Of a stretch of 44,374 nucleotides of DNA, positions 1 through 8,243 are shown piece after piece; the first letter of the stretch is position 1; the number at the start of each line of letters is the position of its first letter. The stretch comes from Candidatus Hermodarchaeota archaeon (GTDB taxonomy: Archaea > Asgardarchaeota > Lokiarchaeia > Sigyniarchaeales > SOKP01), in the NCBI GenBank assembly GCA_048885925.1, contig JBHLLG010000022.1, forward strand, positions 1-44,374, written 5' to 3'. The notes beneath the pieces are model-generated. The model ran no database searches, had not been told where the DNA came from, and saw only the letters and a list, made by a program, of their open reading frames with translations. The translations under genes and the position numbers were made by a program.

Positions 1-650
1 AAAGGACCAGTTCCAACGATATCACCATCAAGTTCAACAATACCACCTGTTATATTATAATAGTCGGGTGATAATATAGTTGAAGCTGTATAGCATAATA
101 AATCCTCGAATGGTGCAAATGGACTATTTAATTCAAATCTTACGGTGTCATCGTCAACTTTAACAACTTGATCTATGATTGGAGTATGATCTGGGAATGC
201 ATATAGTTCATATACATCTGGAACATATCCTGTATTAAGCCCAGTGAAGTTGTACAACCATTCTTGTCTTTCAAAAGTAAAGACAACAGCATCTGCATCA
301 AAATCAGCACCATCATGGAATTTAACGCCTGTTTTGAGATTAACGGTATATTCTGTTCTAGATAAATCCCATGTGCCCATTGCTGTGGCAAGTCTAGGAA
401 CTTTCGGCAAAGCCGGATCAGCGTAATCATAGGCAAATAATCCTTCTACAACTTGATTAACAACATTATTCGAAGCTTGATCCCAGCAATCCTGTGGATC
501 AATGGTAAAAGGAAGATACATTTGTCCAACAGAAAGAGTTACTTCACCTGCGCCTGGTGCTGCTGTCATGAAATATACTACGGCGCCAACAGCGCCTCCT
601 GCGATTGCAACAATTACGATTATTCCTATCGCTAAAGTTTTTCTTTCCAT
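1..650 (-). CDS. ABC transporter substrate-binding protein, family 5 (OppA/DppA-like), 5' part; runs off the window edge
   Basis: Not in the ORF track. Hand translation from ATG at 650: MERKTLAIGIIVIVAIAGGAVGAVVYF (N-terminal anchor)...TIDPQDCWDQASNNVVNQVVEGLFAYD...PRLA...GVKFHDGADFDADAVVFTFER, the family-5 signature. AAGTGA SD 7 nt upstream. Confidence 0.9.
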   Translation of the reverse strand, partial: MERKTLAIGIIVIVAIAGGAVGAVVYFMTAAPGAGEVTLSVGQMYLPFTIDPQDCWDQASNNVVNQVVEGLFAYDYADPALPKVPRLATAMGTWDLSRTEYTVNLKTGVKFHDGADFDADAVVFTFERQEWLYNFTGLNTGYVPDVYELYAFPDHTPIIDQVVKVDDDTVRFELNSPFAPFEDLLCYTASTILSPDYYNITGGIVELDGDIVGTGP

Positions 651-1109
651 ATTATATTCACTTGTAAAAATTTTTTTTTGTTGTTTTCAATTTTTTTTAT
701 AAAATTTTGTGGTTAAGTGTAGATTTTATTCGATTTCCTTATAAGGGTTATTTGAACTTTTTTATTACTATTTAAAATCCTAATATGTTATGTTTTCGTT
801 TTGTGACAAGATAGATTGACAGGAGAGTTATATTCGGATTTATAAATACAATTAATCATTATGATATTAAATTATCTATTAAAAATAAGGATAAGTTTAA
901 TCTAAATTAATTACCTTTTTTTAAATATATGATAAATATTTAGACTTAATAAAAATAAAAAAAGCATAAAAAGTCAAGAGGAAGTAAAGTAAAATAAATT
1001 GAAATTTTTTGTTTTTTCTAGAAGCTTTTTATTATTATTTTTATATTTATTTCATGAATATCAAATTTATCGGGAATTCAAATAAATAATTCATGTTTAA
1101 TATTATACT

Positions 1110-2108
1110 ATGGCAAAAAAAAAAGTCCATCCTGATGAAACAAACAGTAAAGAAATTTTTAGACCAGAATCTTCATATTCTTTGAAAGATTTGCCTGGGG
1201 TGGGTGATGCAACTGTAAAAAAATTGATGGAAGCGGGAATTATTTCTATAAGAAATCTTGCGATGTATCCATTGAATAAGTTAATGGATGAAGCAGGTAT
1301 AGGTGAAAAAACAGCTGAAAAAATAATAAAAGTTGCCCAAGATATTGAAAAGATGGGTTTTAAATCAGCTGATAAAATTTGGGAAAAAAGAAAGACTTTA
1401 AATAAATTGACAACAGGTAGTCAGAACTTAGATGATTTATTAATTGGAGGTATAGAACCTGGATCCGTGACAGAACTCTTCGGAGAATATCGAACTGGAA
1501 AGACCCAGATTGTTCATCAATTATGTGTTAATGTACAATTATCGTATGAAGAAGGTGGTCTTGAGGGAAATGCTTTATACATTGATACAGAAGGAACTTT
1601 TAGACCTGAACGATTAATACAAATGGCAGTTGCTAAGGATTTGGATCAGAATGTGGTTTTAAAAAATATTACAGTTGGAAGAGCTTATAATAGTGATCAC
1701 CAAATGTTATTAGTAAAAGAAGCTCCAAAAATCATTGGTGAAAAAAATATTAAATTAGTAATTGTAGATTCCCTAATAGGTCACTTTCGTAGTGAATATA
1801 TTGGGAGAGGAACTTTAGCTGAACGCCAACAACTGATAAATACTCACATTCATGATTTGTTACGATTATCTGAAACTTATGATGAATTAGCTGTTGTTTT
1901 TACAAATCAAGTATCAGCAAAACCAGATGTGTTTTATGGTAATCCTTTAACCCACACTGGAGGACATGTAGTAGCTCATGGAGCAACTATAAGAATTTTC
2001 TTAAGAAAAGGGAAAGGGGAACAACGAATCGCTAAAATTGTGGATGCTCCACATATTCCTGAAAGTGATACAATTTTTTCTATTACAGAAGATGGCATTA
2101 TAGATTAA
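1110..2108 (+). CDS. radA: DNA repair and recombination protein RadA (Rad51 family)
   Basis: N-terminal HhH (DLPGVG, GIGEKTAEKI), FxxA polymerisation motif (GFKSA), Walker A GEYRTGKT, YIDTEGTFRPER, Walker B LVIVDS, TNQV. Confidence 0.95.
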   Translation: MAKKKVHPDETNSKEIFRPESSYSLKDLPGVGDATVKKLMEAGIISIRNLAMYPLNKLMDEAGIGEKTAEKIIKVAQDIEKMGFKSADKIWEKRKTLNKLTTGSQNLDDLLIGGIEPGSVTELFGEYRTGKTQIVHQLCVNVQLSYEEGGLEGNALYIDTEGTFRPERLIQMAVAKDLDQNVVLKNITVGRAYNSDHQMLLVKEAPKIIGEKNIKLVIVDSLIGHFRSEYIGRGTLAERQQLINTHIHDLLRLSETYDELAVVFTNQVSAKPDVFYGNPLTHTGGHVVAHGATIRIFLRKGKGEQRIAKIVDAPHIPESDTIFSITEDGIID

Positions 2109-2154
2109 TTAATTGGATTGTTTATCATTTTTTGATTTATTAAATCAAAAAATA

Positions 2155-2592
2155 TTAATATTCAAGATTTACTTTTAAATCGATTCCTTCTCTTACAGAT
2201 TCAGAGATGATACAATATTGTTCATAAAATTTTTTGCATTGATCTATCCTTTTTAGCATTTGTGGGTTATCAACTTTAGGAATTATTTTAATATCTATTT
2301 TTTTGACCCTCCAAAAGTTCTTCTCATTTCTAGCAATTGTAACTTCAGCTTTTCCTTCCAAATCTGATAAATAAATATCCCTTTTTAATAAACAGAATTC
2401 AAAACTTGCAGTTAAACAACCTAAAATCGATAATGCTAATAATTTTGCTGGAGAAGGTCCCAGTTTTTCTTTTAAATCTTTATTACTTTCATCAATATAT
2501 AAATTGTGTATTTTTATTCCTCCAAGATCGCATTTATATATCATCTCGTCTTCCTGTTTTAAGCTAACCTTGGTCTTTAACTCGTGAGACAT
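2155..2592 (-). CDS. OsmC/Ohr family protein
   Basis: DE...GPSP..LL...GC motif and C-terminal YCIISESV; about 145 aa. Confidence 0.85.
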   Translation of the reverse strand: MSHELKTKVSLKQEDEMIYKCDLGGIKIHNLYIDESNKDLKEKLGPSPAKLLALSILGCLTASFEFCLLKRDIYLSDLEGKAEVTIARNEKNFWRVKKIDIKIIPKVDNPQMLKRIDQCKKFYEQYCIISESVREGIDLKVNLEY

Positions 2593-2669
2593 ATGAAATC
2601 ACTCTTTTTTGTATTTTTATTTTTAGAAAAATTGATTTTTAACTATAAATACATTTTTTAAAAAAAGAA

Positions 2670-3137
2670 TTATAAATTAATATTTACATTTACTTCAATT
2701 CCATTACGTACAGATTGAGTTACGACACAATATTGTTCAAAAAAGCTAATATCATTTTTTACTTGTTTTAAACATTGTTTTGCTCTTTTAAAGGATTCAG
2801 GATCTTCTATTTTAGGTATAATATCAACATCAATCTTTTTAACTCTCCAAAATCCCTTCTCGTTTCTAGCAGTTGTAACCTCCGCATTAGCTTTTAAATC
2901 ATCTATAGCGAAATTTCTTTTTTTTAAACAAAAAATAAAACTTGCACTTAAACATCCTAAAACGCCCAATGCGAGCAACCTTGATGGATTTGGGCCTAAC
3001 ATATCAACTTCTTCATGATGTTCTTCATCAATATAACAATCTTTTACATTCATATTCCCTAAATCACATTTAAAGATCATTTGTGATTCAGTTTTGGCAA
3101 GGATTATGCCTACATTTGTTTTCATTTCATTTGAGAT
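2670..3137 (-). CDS. OsmC/Ohr family protein (paralogue; probable ATC start at 3137, ORF track starts at GTG 3149)
   Basis: GPNPSRLL..GCL..YCVVTQSV. Aligns with 2155..2592 from the first residue if started at ATC (ISNEMKT vs MSHELKT). Confidence 0.85.
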   Translation of the reverse strand: MSNEMKTNVGIILAKTESQMIFKCDLGNMNVKDCYIDEEHHEEVDMLGPNPSRLLALGVLGCLSASFIFCLKKRNFAIDDLKANAEVTTARNEKGFWRVKKIDVDIIPKIEDPESFKRAKQCLKQVKNDISFFEQYCVVTQSVRNGIEVNVNINL

Positions 3138-3178
3138 AAGGATCACCACCTTATAGATAATTAAGGATAATGAAAAGG

Positions 3179-3703
3179 TTATTTATTCGAAGCTATATTT
3201 GTAAAAATTGAAAATAATTTTTCTTTTTTTAATTTATCGTCTCTGACTTCTTGAAGTAATTGATTAATTTTTCTCAATTCAACTTTATAATATTTTAGAT
3301 CTTCCTTAATTTCCGAGTGAATCACAGATAGTTGAATAGAATCATCAATATCACAACTTTTTTTAACAAATTTTAAACATTGATTAATTCTTTCATAAAT
3401 TAGATTATCGTCAAATAGTCTATTAACTATGATATTTATTTGCTTGATTATCCAATCTCCACTTTCAAGTTTTTTAATTTGAAGTTGAACTTCAGGAAAA
3501 TCTAATTCTTCTCTATTATTTCTCAAACATGTGACTAAGCTAGCATTTAAACAATTGACATAAGTTTTATCGTGTATTATTGGAACAGAAATTGACAAAG
3601 AATTAAGCTCCGCTTCACCAACTTCCTCAAGAATACAATTAAATAGATTTTTATCATTTAAATCACAGCTAAAAGTCTTTTCTTCTTCCTGCATATAAAT
3701 CAT
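3179..3703 (-). CDS. Divergent OsmC-fold paralogue with C-terminal helical extension (likely start ATG 3694)
   Basis: Shares FSCDL, CLNASLVTCL, W.IK.I.I and QCLKFVKKSC with the two adjacent OsmC proteins but lacks the GP.P loop. Confidence 0.6.
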   Translation of the reverse strand: MIYMQEEEKTFSCDLNDKNLFNCILEEVGEAELNSLSISVPIIHDKTYVNCLNASLVTCLRNNREELDFPEVQLQIKKLESGDWIIKQINIIVNRLFDDNLIYERINQCLKFVKKSCDIDDSIQLSVIHSEIKEDLKYYKVELRKINQLLQEVRDDKLKKEKLFSIFTNIASNK

Positions 3704-3767
3704 GCTCAGAATAGATTTAAATTAGAATTAATAATTCAAATTTTTTAAAAAATATATTATATTTAAA

Positions 3768-4376
3768 TTAAAATTTGGCATTTTTATAATCCTCTTCAAT
3801 TTCTCTTAGAGTAAAGTGACGATGCAGATGAAAGTACAGTCCAATAAAGTATAGGAAAATCATAAATAAATATTGAATCGCAAATATTAAAAGCGTGAAA
3901 ATCATCAATAGGAAAAAAAGTATTTCGAACAATAAGCAAATTTTATTGTTGTAATATTTCTCGTCAAAAAAAGAAGCTGGCGTTTTATATTTGTCTAGAT
4001 ATCTCGGTAAATTTTCAAATTCGTCTTTTGTAATTAAGAATTTAAATCCTATTTGTTTATTTTGAAAATAAAAAACATTTGTTCCCCAATCGAAAGTATC
4101 AATAAAAATATGAATAGAATAATTAATGCCCCCAAAAAATAAAGCCGTCCAATTTAATGCCAATCCAATAATAATAATGATTAAACTGGGAATAATTGAA
4201 TGACTAATTAATAATCTGTGATTATGATCTTTCGCATATTTTGAAAAAAATACATCAAAATCACAAATAAATGATAAAAAAACAATTAAAATGAATTCTA
4301 GCATTGTGAGTTCAAAAAGGTAATCTAAAAGAGAAGTTAAAATAAGACCAATTGCTATATGAGTATTAATATGCAT
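3768..4376 (-). CDS. Membrane-bound metal-dependent hydrolase (YdjM/DUF457-like)
   Basis: N-terminal TH, CDFD, HR...SHS, SIHIFID motifs with hydrophobic helices. Confidence 0.7.
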   Translation of the reverse strand: MHINTHIAIGLILTSLLDYLFELTMLEFILIVFLSFICDFDVFFSKYAKDHNHRLLISHSIIPSLIIIIIGLALNWTALFFGGINYSIHIFIDTFDWGTNVFYFQNKQIGFKFLITKDEFENLPRYLDKYKTPASFFDEKYYNNKICLLFEILFFLLMIFTLLIFAIQYLFMIFLYFIGLYFHLHRHFTLREIEEDYKNAKF

Positions 4377-4398
4377 ATTTAATTCCAGAAAAAATTGA

Positions 4399-5382
4399 TT
4401 AATTAATGTATCTCTTTTTTTTCATTCTTTTCAAAACAGTTTTTTTTGTTTCAAACCCAGCAGGTCCCTTTTTTTCAACTAAAAATGAAGCACCGGAGGA
4501 TGCTAAATAAGCAGCTTTTTCTATCGCCTTCCAAGATTTATCAGAATGAATAAATTCATATAAAAAGATAGAAAAATAGACATCTCCTGCCCCAGTTTCA
4601 TCGAGAACCCTTCTAGGTTTAAAGGCAGGTATTTTAAGAACTTCCTTTCTTTTTTTAGTGAGCATGGAACCTTTTTCTCCTAAAGTCATAATGTAGATTC
4701 CGTTATTTTCATAATTAACACAGTGAATCATAACTTCTTTATAATCATTGCATTCTCCTGCAAGAAGATTCATCTCTTCTTCTGATCCTTTTAGTATCAA
4801 TCTATCTCCAACTAAGTTAATAATTTTTTTCATATTTGAGATTATCTCATTATCATAAATGTATGATACTCTACCATTTTCATCAATTTTTCTTATAAAG
4901 CCTTGTAAATCAATACCGATATACGCTTTTGGAAATTGATTTAAAATTAAGGATACATATTCATATGAGATTTCATTACATAATGGTACGAGGACAACTA
5001 TATCTGGAGGATTGTTAAGAATTTCCACGGGGATATCGTTAAAATTGAGATTAGGACTCCTTGATTTAAGAGTTAAAGACCTCCTATGATCAAAGTAATC
5101 TAGCACAAAATTTGTATTGTTAACTTCAGAATATTTTATTCCTCTTAAATCAATATTTTTATTCTTAATTTTATCCAATAATGAATTATTGAAATTTAAT
5201 TTACCAATATGAGAAATTATACTTATATTGATATCCTGAGCATAAGTCCTTAACGCCAGAGAACCGTAAGAAACACTTCCTCCTAAACTAAGTTTATTTA
5301 TACTCTTAAATCGTATAATATTATCAAAAGAAAAGTGTCCAGCAAAGATTATAGAGGGGTGATCTCTTACGAATTTAACCAT
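4399..5382 (-). CDS. PfkB/ribokinase family carbohydrate kinase
   Basis: LGGSVSY N-terminal motif, TLGEKGS, C-terminal signature DETGAGD. Confidence 0.9.
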   Translation of the reverse strand: MVKFVRDHPSIIFAGHFSFDNIIRFKSINKLSLGGSVSYGSLALRTYAQDINISIISHIGKLNFNNSLLDKIKNKNIDLRGIKYSEVNNTNFVLDYFDHRRSLTLKSRSPNLNFNDIPVEILNNPPDIVVLVPLCNEISYEYVSLILNQFPKAYIGIDLQGFIRKIDENGRVSYIYDNEIISNMKKIINLVGDRLILKGSEEEMNLLAGECNDYKEVMIHCVNYENNGIYIMTLGEKGSMLTKKRKEVLKIPAFKPRRVLDETGAGDVYFSIFLYEFIHSDKSWKAIEKAAYLASSGASFLVEKKGPAGFETKKTVLKRMKKKRYIN

Positions 5383-5438
5383 TTTTTATAAATCCTCTTA
5401 TAATGAGAGTGCAAGCTTTAAGATCCCATTTTATTCAT

Positions 5439-6566
5439 TTAGGATGATTTTAATTCTTCAATAATTTTATTTTTTTCTTCTATTAGTATTTTTAACTTAT
5501 TTATTCTATTCTGTAAATCTTCAACTAAACTTGAAATTGGTCCTTCATGAATTATAGGAGGAGCTTCTTGATGTGATTTTAATTCTGCAATCATCAGATC
5601 TTTCTCTTTTAATTGGATTTGAAGATTTTTTATTTTTTCTTCTACATCCGAAACTTTAATTGTTCCTTCAGCTTCTTTAGATTTTTTTTGTAAAGATTCT
5701 TGTATCTGTGAAATTTCTATTTTAAGTTGTTCATTTTCCTTTTTAAGCTCCTTTATATCTTCAGGTTCTAATTTGAATCCCCCATTTTGAATTGCCTGTT
5801 CAAGTTCAGATTTCTCTTGATTTAATTTATCCACTATTTTTTTGTATTTGTTTAGATCACTTTGAAGATCTTGACACAATACTTCTAAAGTAGATGATGA
5901 GGGTTTCACTGATTGTGGTTTTAATACTGATGGTTTTGGGGCTTCTACAGGAACTACGTAATCTATTGGTAGTTTTTTCATTTTTTCTAACAATTGTTTA
6001 TTCAAAGCTTCATTTTCCTCAGTTAAATCTTTAATTTTAGATTCCAAATCGTCAATTTGTTTTTTCTTTTTTGATAATTCAGATTGCAAATTATCAATTA
6101 ATGCTTTTGTAACCACAGTGTCGGCTTCAGAGGTTGGTTTTTCCACTGATTTAGCTGTTGCAGACATAGTTTGTATTTTAATTTGCAACTCGTTTACTTC
6201 TTTAATCCTCAATCCTAATTGGTGTTCTTTCTCTGTTAGATTTTGCTCTAAACTTTTTATTTTGTTTGTAAGGTCGATATTTTTTTGTTGAACTTCACTC
6301 GCTTTAATTCCGCCAGTCATTCCAGCTTGCTTTAGCTCTGTTTTTAATCTTTCATTTTCTTCAAGAGTATTTCGAACAATTTCTTCAGTTTTAGTAATTA
6401 AATCTATATTTGATTTAATTTTTTTACGTAAATCTTCGTTTTCTTTTTCCACTTCTCTAATTCTTTCTAAAGTTGCTCTAATAGCATTAGGTTTATCCTT
6501 TTCAGTTTCCATTTTCTTTTTCCATAAACTAATGAAGTCTTCAACTTTTTCATTATCTTCCGGCAT
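5439..6566 (-). CDS. Long coiled-coil protein of unknown function
   Basis: E/K/L/Q-rich heptads interrupted by Pro-rich linkers; sits in the minus-strand gene run. Confidence 0.75.
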   Translation of the reverse strand: MPEDNEKVEDFISLWKKKMETEKDKPNAIRATLERIREVEKENEDLRKKIKSNIDLITKTEEIVRNTLEENERLKTELKQAGMTGGIKASEVQQKNIDLTNKIKSLEQNLTEKEHQLGLRIKEVNELQIKIQTMSATAKSVEKPTSEADTVVTKALIDNLQSELSKKKKQIDDLESKIKDLTEENEALNKQLLEKMKKLPIDYVVPVEAPKPSVLKPQSVKPSSSTLEVLCQDLQSDLNKYKKIVDKLNQEKSELEQAIQNGGFKLEPEDIKELKKENEQLKIEISQIQESLQKKSKEAEGTIKVSDVEEKIKNLQIQLKEKDLMIAELKSHQEAPPIIHEGPISSLVEDLQNRINKLKILIEEKNKIIEELKSS

Positions 6567-6615
6567 TTTATTTTAAAACCTATTCATTTCTTAATTTTTG
6601 AATATTTAATGTTAT

Positions 6616-7500
6616 TTATTTCATTAATACACATGATAAATAACCAACACAGTAGCCGCTAATATTTCCAGTTCTTTCGGAACTTGTATAATATTTCAAT
6701 AATTTTCCTTTATTTGCATTTAAATTCTTACATATCATCATTAAAGAAGTTATAGTTTGAGGTCCACAAACCGTTGTTTTTGAAGCCGCTTCAAGAGTAT
6801 TTTGTGGCTCACCATTAATAAAAGCATCAATTACTTGTTGATCGCGTTCTTTAAATTTATTTAATTGTTTAGAATCATATACCTCTTTATGTGTCATGTC
6901 AGAAGAGGCAACAATTACTACATCTTTATCATATGATTGAATTGCTTTCGAAACATCATTTGCTAATCTATTTAAGGTATTAAAATCTTTATTGGAAATT
7001 GTTATTGGTATGAATTTAATATCTTTCTCCTGAGCACAATATTTAATAAATGGTAATTGTACTTCGATATTATGTTCTCTTCCAAAAGGAAAACCAATAA
7101 ATGCTGATTCATCTCTTTCTATAATTTCACTATTATCTAGTATTTTTTTAGATAATTTTTCATCAATACTAATATTTCCTAAAGGTGTTTCCCATTCTCC
7201 CTCATCCATTAAACCAATTTTTCCATATCCAATATGATCTGTACCTAAAACTATAACAGTATCCGGAATTCTTTCTTTAAACAAATTTAAATAAGTAAAT
7301 GCTGCACAACATCCAGAATAGACGTATCCTGCATGAGGGGAAACACCACCAATTATAGATCTTTGTTCTAGATTCAAAGTTTTTAGTTCCTCTCCAGGTC
7401 CAAATTCCTTATTGATAAATGATTCTTTTAATATATTGATTAAATCTGGTTTATACCTTGGATAAAAACTACCAGCTACTGCAGCTTTACGAATAACCAT
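6616..7500 (-). CDS. amrB: MEMO1 family protein (AmmeMemoRadiSam system protein B)
   Basis: R.AAVAGSFYP, PHAGYVYSG, EHNIEVQLPF, ASSDMTH, TVCG, VGY motifs. Confidence 0.92.
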   Translation of the reverse strand: MVIRKAAVAGSFYPRYKPDLINILKESFINKEFGPGEELKTLNLEQRSIIGGVSPHAGYVYSGCCAAFTYLNLFKERIPDTVIVLGTDHIGYGKIGLMDEGEWETPLGNISIDEKLSKKILDNSEIIERDESAFIGFPFGREHNIEVQLPFIKYCAQEKDIKFIPITISNKDFNTLNRLANDVSKAIQSYDKDVVIVASSDMTHKEVYDSKQLNKFKERDQQVIDAFINGEPQNTLEAASKTTVCGPQTITSLMMICKNLNANKGKLLKYYTSSERTGNISGYCVGYLSCVLMK

Positions 7501-7585
7501 TTTTTTAACACGAGTAATTTTTTGTTATAATATTAAAATTATTAATATTGAAAATTATATAATATCATCTAATCATTGTAAAATT

Positions 7586-7599
7586 GAAAGATTTATTAA
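7586..7599 (+). promoter_or_regulatory. Putative BRE/TATA promoter of endA (leaderless spacing)
   Basis: GAAAGA-TTTATTAA about 22-29 nt upstream of ATG 7621, no SD. AT-rich background limits certainty. Confidence 0.45.
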
Positions 7600-7620
7600 A
7601 TTATTTTTAATATCTCTTTA

Positions 7621-8217
7621 ATGATGAACCAAGAAAACAACAAACAAATTTCCCTTGAAGATATAGAAGTACCAGATAAAATCCCAGCAAAATTTATAAA
7701 CAATCGAGTTATTGTTTTCAATCCATTGCATGCTTCATATTTATATGTGAAGAAAGGATTCTTTGGTTCGCCATTAGGTATAAATAAACCTAGATTAGAA
7801 TACTTTTCTAAACCAAGCGAGTTATCACTAATCGAAGCTTATTATTTACTAGAAAAGGATGAAATCACTATTTATGATGTAAATGAAAAGAAAAATTTAG
7901 TACCTAAAGAGTTTTATGAGATTGCTAAAAGAATTCATCATAAATTCGAAGAAAAGTATGTTATATACAAGGATTTAAGAGATCGAGGGTATATTCCAAG
8001 ACCGGGTTTAAAGTTTGGAGCAGATTTTGTTATATATCGTCTTGGTCCAGGACTTGAACACTCTCTTTTTATGGTTCATGTTCTGCCCCACGACTCAGAG
8101 ATCTCAGCAGTAGACATGGTAAGAGCTGGACGATTAGCAACATCTGTGAGGAAGAAATTTGTGATTGCCAATCCTCTTACCTGCAGTTATTATTTCTTTG
8201 AGTGGTTTAAACCATAA
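7621..8217 (+). CDS. endA: tRNA-intron (splicing) endonuclease, catalytic subunit
   Basis: LSLIEAYYL, Y..Y.DLR.RGY, GLKFGADFVIY (Tyr), EHS (His), SVRKK (Lys) catalytic triad. Confidence 0.93.
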   Translation: MMNQENNKQISLEDIEVPDKIPAKFINNRVIVFNPLHASYLYVKKGFFGSPLGINKPRLEYFSKPSELSLIEAYYLLEKDEITIYDVNEKKNLVPKEFYEIAKRIHHKFEEKYVIYKDLRDRGYIPRPGLKFGADFVIYRLGPGLEHSLFMVHVLPHDSEISAVDMVRAGRLATSVRKKFVIANPLTCSYYFFEWFKP

Positions 8218-8243
8218 AAAGAAAGTAGATTTCAGAGATACAT

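Noticed and set aside
173-702. Short ORF-track entries 173..436, 244..426, 453..635 and 502..702
   Set aside because: Shadows of the truncated substrate-binding protein gene in other frames or on the other strand.
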